Source: a virus (lineage: Duplodnaviria; Caudoviricetes). From it: a DNA stretch of 43,824 nt. Numbering within the stretch: the stretch's first letter is position 1; every line of letters starts with the position of its first letter. Made by a program: the position numbers and the translations under genes. This document shows, piece after piece, positions 1 to 7,030 of the stretch. The DNA is taken from the IMG/VR virus record IMGVR_UViG_3300027863_000063, positions 1 through 43,824 of that record. The stretch is one strand, 5' to 3'. Under the pieces are notes generated by a model. That model was not told where the DNA came from and searched no databases. It saw only the letters and a program-made list of their open reading frames with translations.

Positions 1-127
1 TAATGGCGATTGTGGTGATTCCCAGTCCACGGCTTCCTGTGCTAGCGACTCAACTTCTTTAAGTACAGCTCGGAATTTTACTTCTTCCTTGTTCATTTCC
101 CTTTCCTCCTATGCATAGATTCCAAAG
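1..127. repeat. 127-bp exact repeat of 42453..42579 (circularity / assembly overlap)
   Basis: taatggcgattgtggtg...gcatagattccaaag is identical at 1..127 and 42453..42579 and diverges at the next base. 127 is a common de Bruijn k-mer size. Confidence 0.95.
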
Positions 128-272
128 TCTCATTGAGACTCTTCTCGATTTGCCGCCATCTGCGGTCGTCGTCAGCGTCGAGCATTTCCTCCTCTCGGCG
201 CGCTCTATCCTCTCGACTCTCCCGCTCTGGTGGCGGATCGGGATTATCCCATAAACCATAATCAGTCGACAT
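93..272 (-). CDS. Small hypothetical protein, 59 aa, allele A (MSTDYGLWDNPDPPPERESRED...KSLNETLESMHRRKGK); not in the ORF track
   Basis: Translated by hand. GGAGG RBS upstream, start overlaps the dnaC 3' end, and it is homologous to 42545..42724 (GLWDNPDPP; EKSLxExLESMHRRKGK). Confidence 0.75.
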   Translation of the reverse strand: MSTDYGLWDNPDPPPERESREDRARREEEMLDADDDRRWRQIEKSLNETLESMHRRKGK

Positions 273-993
273 TATCTTTCCTCCTTTTTCGCCAATCTTC
301 CCAATTGAATTGCAGCAGCACGCCGCCTTCCGTCAGCCGGCTCATTACATCGCCGGACAGGAAGTTTTCCAAACAATCAGGGCATCCTCCTAGTAGGCAA
401 TGTTTGCGCACATGTTTGTTGCTGATGATGATAGTCGGCAGCCCTCTTGTATGCCGCTTGTCGATGATATATGAAAGCCAATTTAACTCAGCATCGCTAC
501 CCTTTGTGCGGCCTACCTCGTCAATGGCGAGCATCGGCAGGCGCGCAAGCTCGTCCACAATCTCAAGCTCTGTTTCATCGGAGCGTGCAGAATAACTTTG
601 TCTGATTCGTGTGGTGATCTCGTACATCGAAAAGATTTTTCCTCCAAGAGCTTTGACCGCGGCAATCGCCAAGTGCGTCTTGCCAGTCCCATTGCTGCCA
701 GTCATGACAATTTGCTGAATCTTGCCCTCAATGAGGCGTTGAACAGCCTGCACGGCCTTGGTTTGCTCCTGAATATCGGCCTGGTAGGTATCAAAAGTGG
801 CGCCATAAAATTCTGGTTCGATATTCATTTCTTGCATCTTACGAACTTCAAGAGCGCGCCTTTCATTTTCCTCCGATTGCTCAAGCTCCCTATCATGCTC
901 TTGCTCGCACAACGGACAGCCCGAATAAAAAATCAAGCTGCCAAGCGTGAATTGTTTTGCATCATAATCGATATTGTGCTTATCGCAATGCAT
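262..993 (-). CDS. dnaC: DnaC/IstB-like AAA+ ATPase (helicase loader)
   Basis: Walker A GSNGTGKT, Walker B LAIDEVG, IIDKRH...PTIIISN, N-terminal Cys/His zinc motifs; directly downstream of the initiator. Confidence 0.9.
   Translation of the reverse strand: MHCDKHNIDYDAKQFTLGSLIFYSGCPLCEQEHDRELEQSEENERRALEVRKMQEMNIEPEFYGATFDTYQADIQEQTKAVQAVQRLIEGKIQQIVMTGSNGTGKTHLAIAAVKALGGKIFSMYEITTRIRQSYSARSDETELEIVDELARLPMLAIDEVGRTKGSDAELNWLSYIIDKRHTRGLPTIIISNKHVRKHCLLGGCPDCLENFLSGDVMSRLTEGGVLLQFNWEDWRKRRKDNVD
284..390. repeat. Near-exact repeat of 43718..43824 (dnaC 3' end)
   Basis: Identical over 284..387, with one synonymous mismatch (388 vs 43822; GGA/GGG Gly). Confidence 0.95.
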
Positions 994-1792
994 TGACTTC
1001 CTCCATATCCAAAATTTCAGTCATCCGGCCTTGGCGTAATTTTGGCGGCGCAGTACTGTCCTGATTGCGCTCCCAGGTGCGCACTGCCGCCTGCCAATTC
1101 TTCATCGGATTTTTTCCGATTTTCCATCCATTTGCCTCGTAATAGTCCAGGAATCTCTGAGGATCGATATTGTTCTTGCGTTCTTTGCAATATGCTTTTA
1201 CTTCTTCCAGTGTTGGTTTTATAAATCGCTTTTTTGGTTGTTGTTGTGGCGGCGTAAGCCGCTCTTCTTTTTCTTCCAGTGGAGGCTGCTCTATGGTGTT
1301 TTGCTCATTTATGTCCACATCTCTCTTATTCTTATTCTCTCCTTTACTCTCCTCTCCTCTCCTTTGCGGATAAATGTTAACAGAAACCCCGTTCAGCATA
1401 CGTTTCTGCATACATAAATCCCTTACTTCGGGATTACTGATGACATTTATTGTCCTTCGGTTATAAAGTGCTGACAAGTTTGCAATAAAATTCCTCGACC
1501 GGATGATTCTGTCTTGCCATAAATCTCTATCTATGGCATCGAGCCTTGCCAGTGTTTCGAGGATATTGTTTGCAATTTCCCCGCTGAGATGGGTTTTTGC
1601 TAACAGAAACTCCCACTCGGCAGGGTTTTCGCAGTCAATAAAATGCTGTTCAGACATACCGAGGATTTCAAGCAATTTGAACCAAAAAGCATACCCGTCA
1701 TTCCCAAACTTCGATTCCAGCGTGAAAATCGTTTTCCCGCTTGTTACGAAGTGTGGGAAATAATCAACTGTAGCTTTTCTTGGACGAGGCAT
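980..1792 (-). CDS. Phage replication initiator (DUF4373/Lin1244-like N-terminus, replisome-organizer-type C-terminus)
   Basis: N-terminal MPRPRK..VDYFPH...GYAFWFKLLE; C-terminal RFIKPTLEEVKAYCKER...YYEANGWKIGKNPMKNWQAAVRTWE; upstream of DnaC. Confidence 0.8.
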   Translation of the reverse strand: MPRPRKATVDYFPHFVTSGKTIFTLESKFGNDGYAFWFKLLEILGMSEQHFIDCENPAEWEFLLAKTHLSGEIANNILETLARLDAIDRDLWQDRIIRSRNFIANLSALYNRRTINVISNPEVRDLCMQKRMLNGVSVNIYPQRRGEESKGENKNKRDVDINEQNTIEQPPLEEKEERLTPPQQQPKKRFIKPTLEEVKAYCKERKNNIDPQRFLDYYEANGWKIGKNPMKNWQAAVRTWERNQDSTAPPKLRQGRMTEILDMEEVNALR

Positions 1793-1794
1793 GG

Positions 1795-1953
1795 TTATTT
1801 CTCCGCTTTTTGCGCTGCTTCGACAATCTTTTTAATTACAATATCTTCTGGTGGAGGGTTATTCCCTGCCCATTTCTCTTTCAGGCCCTTCTTCTGGTAA
1901 ATGCGTTTTAGCGCATCCAACTCAACCTTTTCAATCTCGATTATGATTTTCAT
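1795..1953 (-). CDS. Small hypothetical protein (MKIIIEIEKVELD...)
   Basis: ATG at 1953 with a GGGGG RBS; tightly packed in the operon. Confidence 0.6.
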   Translation of the reverse strand: MKIIIEIEKVELDALKRIYQKKGLKEKWAGNNPPPEDIVIKKIVEAAQKAEK

Positions 1954-1966
1954 TCGTAAACCCCCT

Positions 1967-2173
1967 TTAATAGAGCCCAATGCGTTTATTCCAAAGCATT
2001 TCAGCTACCCTGCCAAAAACAGAATCATTCCATTGCTTTATGGCCCTTTCAGGGCTGTCGCAGCGTTTTACATAAGTAAGTCTAGTAAGTAGCCGTTGAT
2101 AATCATCGCTATATGAGATATGCCGCATTATTTGCCCTGCATCTTTTCCTGCAATCTCAGCCGCGACTTTCAT
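1967..2173 (-). CDS. Hypothetical protein, 68 aa
   Basis: ORF fills the gap in the operon and overlaps the ninG 3' end. Confidence 0.6.
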   Translation of the reverse strand: MKVAAEIAGKDAGQIMRHISYSDDYQRLLTRLTYVKRCDSPERAIKQWNDSVFGRVAEMLWNKRIGLY

Positions 2174-2621
2174 TCTTAAGCTCCTTATTCTTTTCGCGGA
2201 AGAGCTTTATTTGTTCGATCAGCCACTCCCGCGCTAAATGTTTCTCGCCGTTCATTTTTGCAATGGATTCCAAGTCTTTTACTTGGTCCTCGCCAATTTC
2301 CTCGACAAGATACATACGGAATTTAAATGGATCGCCCGCTCGCCATTTATTGCATCCAGGGCACTGGGGCCTTATATTCCGAAGGTCAAACCTGGTAGCG
2401 AAATATCGTCTAGATATAAAATGGCCTGCCTGGATTTCATTGGTAGGAAAATAATTTTTACAGGTATAACATTGCGATATTCCGGGGGATACCTCATACT
2501 TATGTTTGATATATCCCCCGACTTCAGCATCGAGCTTTCGGATGAGCTGGTTATAGTTTAAATCCTCAAGGCCACTTCTCTTGAACTTTACCTTTTTACC
2601 ATACTTGCTTGCCCGATACAT
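2157..2621 (-). CDS. ninG: NinG/Rap-family recombination endonuclease
   Basis: CYTC...QAGHFISRRYFATRFDLRNIRPQCPGCN motif. Confidence 0.88.
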   Translation of the reverse strand: MYRASKYGKKVKFKRSGLEDLNYNQLIRKLDAEVGGYIKHKYEVSPGISQCYTCKNYFPTNEIQAGHFISRRYFATRFDLRNIRPQCPGCNKWRAGDPFKFRMYLVEEIGEDQVKDLESIAKMNGEKHLAREWLIEQIKLFREKNKELKNESRG

Positions 2622-2636
2622 TTCTGCCCCCTATTA

Positions 2637-2780
2637 TCAATGGTTATACAAAACGGCTGCAAAGATATACAATAGATACAACATACCACTGATAATAAAG
2701 AACCCAAATAAGTCTCGAATTATTCCGCTCTGTCTGAAATTTTTTTTCAGCCTTTCAATCTGCCATTGTGTGCGTGTCAT
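2637..2780 (-). CDS. Small single-pass membrane protein, 47 aa (MTRTQWQIERLKKNFRQSGIIRDLFGFFIISGMLYLLYIFAAVLYNH); not in the ORF track
   Basis: Translated by hand. AAGGAG RBS; fills the gap between the annealing protein and ninG; hydrophobic C-terminal half. Confidence 0.65.
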   Translation of the reverse strand: MTRTQWQIERLKKNFRQSGIIRDLFGFFIISGMLYLLYIFAAVLYNH

Positions 2781-2789
2781 ATCTGCTCC

Positions 2790-3713
2790 TTAAAAAATAG
2801 GAAGCTCGTCCTCGGGCAATTCCGACATTTTCACTTCTGCTTCCTGGTAGGATTTTGGCTCAATGGCTGCATCTGGAGTAGGTTCTTGCTTCTTTACCCT
2901 TGCCTTGATCTTTTCTACCATTGCCGCAGCGACTTGGGCAGGGTCCTCTTTTACCGGCTGTTCCTTTTGCTCAGGCTCGAAGTAATCATCGACTGAGCTC
3001 ATGCCATCCTTAATGCTATTGTAAATCTTTATGAGTGAGAGAAGCTCTGGGCCATTCAAAGATTCAATTCTATGCCGCAAGCGTTTTTCAATCTGCAATT
3101 TTGAAATACCCAATTCTTTGAATTTCTCGAGCATCCCTGGAATCCGCTCCTGCACATTCCCTACTTTTGCAGCCAAAGTTTTGCTGCATTCTTCCAGCGC
3201 GCCATCGACTACGTCCCCCGGAATTACGCGGAGGATGCATGAGCGGAGTCTGCGAGCAGCCTGGTTCGCTGTTACTTCGTAGACATCCCGTTCATCACGA
3301 AGAGGCTTAAAGCCTTCTTTGGTGTCCCGAAGGTGTCTGACCCGGAATTCCTGGCGGGCCATGACGTTTGTTTCCAAGTCCCACGCGTAGGCAAGCATCT
3401 GCGATTCCTGCCCCCTCCTTTCAACCTCGGTTACACCGAAGGAAAGATTCCCCCAGTTCCTGGCGATAGTCTCGGCAAGGCGGATCGACGGGCCAGTTAC
3501 CATAGTTCCACCCCGTGGAAACTGATATTGTGCTTGTTCTGCAAGCGTTTCGCGCCTGCATTCATTCAAGATTCTGTCCATAGCAACGACAGGGTCGCGA
3601 GGGAATTTCTTCGCCATCACGACCTGCCCTTGGACTTCGGCGATTGCCCTTGATGATTCGATTTCCACCAAGGCTTTCTTTTCTTCTTTTTCCTCTTCAA
3701 ACGGATTTGACAT
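2790..3713 (-). CDS. Putative single-strand annealing protein / recombinase partner of YqaJ
   Basis: Adjacent to YqaJ; SRAIAEVQ...AKKFPRD...GPSIRLAE motifs typical of this phage family; SSB-like acidic tail EDELPIF. Confidence 0.65.
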   Translation of the reverse strand: MSNPFEEEKEEKKALVEIESSRAIAEVQGQVVMAKKFPRDPVVAMDRILNECRRETLAEQAQYQFPRGGTMVTGPSIRLAETIARNWGNLSFGVTEVERRGQESQMLAYAWDLETNVMARQEFRVRHLRDTKEGFKPLRDERDVYEVTANQAARRLRSCILRVIPGDVVDGALEECSKTLAAKVGNVQERIPGMLEKFKELGISKLQIEKRLRHRIESLNGPELLSLIKIYNSIKDGMSSVDDYFEPEQKEQPVKEDPAQVAAAMVEKIKARVKKQEPTPDAAIEPKSYQEAEVKMSELPEDELPIF

Positions 3714-3724
3714 ACAAAACCTCC

Positions 3725-4609
3725 TTATAAATTGTACGCACCTTTCAAGATGCGCAATATTCTTGTTTCTGAAATGCGCTCAAACTGAGCGGCAATTTCA
3801 GGGAATTTCTCTTTCAATGCTTTTGTGTCTATGGATGATTTCGTTTGCGCTTTCCATGAAATGACCGGTGCACCGTTAAGAATAAGAATATCGCCAAGGT
3901 CTTTTATGGAATTTGTCAGCGCAAGCTGAAGTTCTTCTTCTTTTTTCTCTAATTCTTTTATTTGAGCTTGAACCACAATGAGCTCTTTAAGATTTTTTAA
4001 ATCCTGTTCTGTGCCGTAGACTTCTGCCGGCGTATATTTTGCCCATATGCTACGGGCTTCTTCTAGAGATACAGGATCAGGGGGGATACACTTTTTTACC
4101 TTATCCCAAAAGTCTAGCTCGAGTTCGAGTAGATCTTTTTGGAATTTTCTATCGGCCGGAATTTCAAAATCAGCGTAGCGCTGCCCACCGATAAGGACAG
4201 CAATCGCTGCATCATCGATTCCGGTCGTCATTAACTGATGTTGGACCTGCACCCAATAATGGGTTGGGGGCTTCTCAGCCCAATCATCAGAATTAAATAG
4301 CCCTGTGGTTTTGCACTCTAAGATTCCACCGCCCACGATACGGCGGTCTATTTGAGCAACGATGAATGGGTACTGCGGATGCACCGCACGTTTATTCATA
4401 CGGCGTACCTTCAAATTGTGGCGAGTTGCCCATTCCTTCGCCACAATATCCTCTAGGACCAAGCCGAAATGCACATGGTCCTTGCCGGAAATATCTTCCG
4501 GCTCTTCCTGCCCTGTTTTTTCCAGCCAAAGCTGATATGGACTCTTCCAGGGGCTAACCCCCAGGATAACGGGGGCATCGCTGCCACCGATGAAAGCCTT
4601 CCGGTCCAT
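3725..4609 (-). CDS. YqaJ-like (lambda-exonuclease family) recombination exonuclease
   Basis: IGGSDA..ILGVSPWKSPYQLWLEKTG, G..LE, ID..., LECKT, Y.VQVQHQL motifs. Confidence 0.92.
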   Translation of the reverse strand: MDRKAFIGGSDAPVILGVSPWKSPYQLWLEKTGQEEPEDISGKDHVHFGLVLEDIVAKEWATRHNLKVRRMNKRAVHPQYPFIVAQIDRRIVGGGILECKTTGLFNSDDWAEKPPTHYWVQVQHQLMTTGIDDAAIAVLIGGQRYADFEIPADRKFQKDLLELELDFWDKVKKCIPPDPVSLEEARSIWAKYTPAEVYGTEQDLKNLKELIVVQAQIKELEKKEEELQLALTNSIKDLGDILILNGAPVISWKAQTKSSIDTKALKEKFPEIAAQFERISETRILRILKGAYNL

Positions 4610-4611
4610 AA

Positions 4612-4770
4612 TTATTCCCTTTCTTTATTTTCTTCGGCCATCACCTGCTCAAGGATAGCCTGTGCCTCGCGCAGCCAAGGACGATGATTCTTTCTCGCCC
4701 TTTCTGATATGGATTTTTCAAGCCATGGCTGAATAAATATCATCTTTGCCTTCTCTCTTTCTTTTCCCAT
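4612..4770 (-). CDS. Arc/ribbon-helix-helix-like DNA-binding protein, 52 aa (MGKEREKAKMIFIQPWLEKSISERARKNHRPWLREAQAILEQVMAEENKERE); not in the ORF track
   Basis: Translated by hand. GAGGT RBS; first gene after a strong promoter; strand-helix-'ARKNHR'-helix pattern resembles Arc 'AEENGRS..E'. Confidence 0.6.
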   Translation of the reverse strand: MGKEREKAKMIFIQPWLEKSISERARKNHRPWLREAQAILEQVMAEENKERE

Positions 4771-4789
4771 ATTGCACCTCTCGTCATTA

Positions 4790-4817
4790 AGTATACTACT
4801 TAAAAAGCTATTGTCAA
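4790..4817 (-). promoter_or_regulatory. Sigma70-type promoter for the replication/recombination operon
   Basis: Minus strand TTGACA (4817..4812), 16-nt spacer, TATACT (4795..4790), in an AT-rich intergenic region. Confidence 0.75.
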
Positions 4818-4931
4818 TAGATTTTATTCAAATATTGTATTTATTTTATGATGCTTTTTACTACAAATACCAAATAAAGCATTAGAAGATTCACGTATAA
4901 ATTCGTTTATAGTATATTAAAGGAAGAGAAC

Positions 4932-5174
4932 ATGTTGGTAATGAGCATTGCCTTCTACATCGCACTTATAGGCGCTCTTGTCGCGTCTTGGCTGACTTAC
5001 TTTTCTTTTATCTACTGCATACCATTTTTTATTCTATATATTATTGGAGGATTTCTCTATTTGCAGCGCAAGATTCTCTTATATAAAGACCCACCCTTTA
5101 ATGCTATCTTAACTGCCATCGTATGGCCTTGGATAATCTTTTGGTATGGCAGAAATTATTTAACAAGAAGATAA
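4932..5174 (+). CDS. Small multi-pass membrane protein (moron-like; possible superinfection exclusion)
   Basis: Very hydrophobic 80 aa with about 3 TM segments; AGGA RBS; opposite strand to neighbours; AT-rich upstream region. Confidence 0.7.
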   Translation: MLVMSIAFYIALIGALVASWLTYFSFIYCIPFFILYIIGGFLYLQRKILLYKDPPFNAILTAIVWPWIIFWYGRNYLTRR

Positions 5175-5605
5175 ATAGTTGTCCCTACAGCAATGCAAGT
5201 AGTAATGCGCCAAAACCATATTTCAACTTGTTTACTTTTTATCCGTGTTTCCTGTTGGCTTATAATTCGGGTCGTAATATTGTCTAAGTTTTTCGAAGAT
5301 TGATTGAGCAAGTCGGACGCTTGCAATAGCCCGCTCATATTCGCTTCGAGCTTGGTTGATAGCTCCCATCCCTTGTTGGATAGTTGCCATGAGATCTCGA
5401 TCAAGCTCTGCGCGCTGTCCAGCAAAGGCCCGAGCTTCAGCAAGCTGTCGATTGAGTTCTGTAAGCTGTCGCTCCCGATCTGCCACAAGAGACTTGTATT
5501 CTGCCCGTTCTCTGGCTGTTGTGGAGGCGACGATTCCGAATCCTGCGCCGCCGCCAATGAGAATGCCAAGCACAAAAGCAAGGACAATATACCGAACTTT
5601 TTCAT
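5156..5605 (-). CDS. Spanin-like partner (Rz1 position): signal peptide, coiled coil and C-terminal TM; overprinted on 5232..5609
   Basis: MKKFGILSLLLCLAFSLAAA|Q Sec-type signal; heptad-like L/S/Q stretch; C-terminal WFWRITTCIAVGTTIYLLVK. Confidence 0.6.
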   Translation of the reverse strand: MKKFGILSLLLCLAFSLAAAQDSESSPPQQPENGQNTSLLWQIGSDSLQNSIDSLLKLGPLLDSAQSLIEISWQLSNKGWELSTKLEANMSGLLQASDLLNQSSKNLDNITTRIISQQETRIKSKQVEIWFWRITTCIAVGTTIYLLVK

Positions 5606-5609
5606 CCAT
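5232..5609 (-). CDS. Rz-like inner-membrane spanin
   Basis: N-terminal TM (YIVLAFVLGILIGGGAGFGIVA) followed by an Ala/Arg/Glu coiled coil; last position in the lysis block; GGAGG RBS. Confidence 0.7.
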   Translation of the reverse strand: MDEKVRYIVLAFVLGILIGGGAGFGIVASTTARERAEYKSLVADRERQLTELNRQLAEARAFAGQRAELDRDLMATIQQGMGAINQARSEYERAIASVRLAQSIFEKLRQYYDPNYKPTGNTDKK

Positions 5610-5617
5610 GTTCCCTC

Positions 5618-5842
5618 CTATTTCTCTTCTTTATCCAGCGCCGGCTGGTAGTATTTTGAGCGCTGCCAATCCTCAGCAACTTGAATCCCACCATAACCTA
5701 CCGCTCCGAACGCAATAGCCCCAACAATCGTTGATCCAATGCCACTTGCCAAAAGATTTGGCGCGACAAGAAGCGTAAGTATATACAGCCCAATAAGCAC
5801 AACGGTCATCGAAACCCATGCTTTCCACTTTCGGCTTTTCAT
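5618..5842 (-). CDS. Putative holin (2 TM, charged tail)
   Basis: MKSRKW start, two hydrophobic helices, charged C-terminus; overlaps the endolysin stop. Confidence 0.7.
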   Translation of the reverse strand: MKSRKWKAWVSMTVVLIGLYILTLLVAPNLLASGIGSTIVGAIAFGAVGYGGIQVAEDWQRSKYYQPALDKEEK

Positions 5843-6426
5843 AGATATTCCCTCGGATCAATGCGTTTTGAATAGTCATCGAGTTTATCTGCCTGGTGAT
5901 GAATCTCCCAATGGACATGAGGCCCTGTTGTAAATCCTGCATTCCCAACCGGCGCAAGACGTTCACCCTTTTTCACATATACTTCGTCGGTCATAAGGAT
6001 ATGGCTAGGCCAGCGCGTCTTAGCGCGTTCTTCGAGATAATACACTGAATGGAAAGGACCCCCGAATGACGGGTCATGATCCAGGACTTTGGAAGGCCAG
6101 AAATGCGCAAGAATATGGAGTCTTTTTGTGCCACTTTCGATGATGACAATAATCGCGCCGAATATATCTTGCCAATATTCTCGCCAAGGCAGAGATAGGA
6201 TGTCCGGCTTTTCATCTTGTCCCCAATTTCTGACCTGTACATTCGGCTCGACGCCGCGGAAAATGACAAAACCCTGCGCTTCACCATCGACCGGCGAAAG
6301 GACAATCCCATCGCCGCCGGCGATATCCAAAGCACCGTGTACATGGTCTCTGCGGTTCATCGGCATTGAAAGCGGGCGCAACTCATTGAAATCGGCAGTT
6401 ATTACGCCACCTTTTATAAGTTCCAT
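5839..6426 (-). CDS. M23-family peptidase endolysin
   Basis: HGALD (HxxxD) and GNAGFTTGPHVHWE (HxH) zinc motifs; located in the lysis block. Confidence 0.88.
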   Translation of the reverse strand: MELIKGGVITADFNELRPLSMPMNRRDHVHGALDIAGGDGIVLSPVDGEAQGFVIFRGVEPNVQVRNWGQDEKPDILSLPWREYWQDIFGAIIVIIESGTKRLHILAHFWPSKVLDHDPSFGGPFHSVYYLEERAKTRWPSHILMTDEVYVKKGERLAPVGNAGFTTGPHVHWEIHHQADKLDDYSKRIDPREYL

Positions 6427-6429
6427 CGC

Positions 6430-6753
6430 TTACTCCTTCCCACGGGGGTTTCTGCGGGATTCGTCAATGTACTTCTCAAGGCGCTGAGCTAATTCATCAA
6501 TCTGTTTACTGATGTGTTGGAGCTTTGTGTTTACTTCAGCAATAATGACGTCTTTTGCCTTGTCGCTCTCTTCAAGTGTCTTTATTTGTCCATCATGGCA
6601 GACCAATTTGTCTTGCATGTCTTTTACCTGTTGCATCGCTGCTCCTTCTTCTTGCGCAGTTTTTTTTTGTGCGCGCAGAAAGGTGATAATCGCAGCCAAA
6701 GTTGCAATTGCCCCGAGAATTTGCCCCGTAGCTACAAGGTCAATGGTTAGCAT
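6430..6753 (-). CDS. Membrane-anchored coiled-coil protein (XhlA/holin-like)
   Basis: One N-terminal TM plus coiled coil, immediately upstream of the endolysin. Confidence 0.6.
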   Translation of the reverse strand: MLTIDLVATGQILGAIATLAAIITFLRAQKKTAQEEGAAMQQVKDMQDKLVCHDGQIKTLEESDKAKDVIIAEVNTKLQHISKQIDELAQRLEKYIDESRRNPRGKE

Positions 6754-6764
6754 CTTAACCCCCG

Positions 6765-6947
6765 TTATTTTGCTTTCTTTCTTTTCCCGTGGTAGTTTTT
6801 CTGCCCTGGGGCAGCCTTCGCTTTTCGGGCAAGCTCGCCAATCACTCCACCAGGTACGCCTTGCGCCTTTAATTGTGCTGCTCGACCGCCATAGCCCAAT
6901 TTATTGGACTTCCCATGAAAAGTTCCTGTTTTCTTGATTTTTGCCAT
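6765..6947 (-). CDS. Small, very basic Gly/Lys/Ala-rich protein
   Basis: 60 aa with one acidic residue; AAGGAGG RBS. Confidence 0.7.
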   Translation of the reverse strand: MAKIKKTGTFHGKSNKLGYGGRAAQLKAQGVPGGVIGELARKAKAAPGQKNYHGKRKKAK

Positions 6948-7030
6948 AAAATCCTCCTTTTACACCTCCGGTTTCGGCGGCCACTGCGGGTTGCGGAACC
7001 AGCCCTCAATATTAGTGATAATATTCATGC

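Noticed and set aside
1-127. Biological direct terminal repeat
   Set aside because: The length is exactly 127 bp, it lies within genes, and the second copy is internal rather than at the contig end. This fits an assembly k-mer overlap at a strain bubble.
59-259. 66-aa minus-strand ORF from the track
   Set aside because: The alternative frame 93..272 has the RBS and homology to 42545..42724, so it is the likely real gene.
6968-7002. Ribozyme or terminator upstream of the basic protein gene
   Set aside because: It contains GAAAC but no CUGANGA hammerhead core, the pairing works mainly on the non-coding strand, and there is no U tract.
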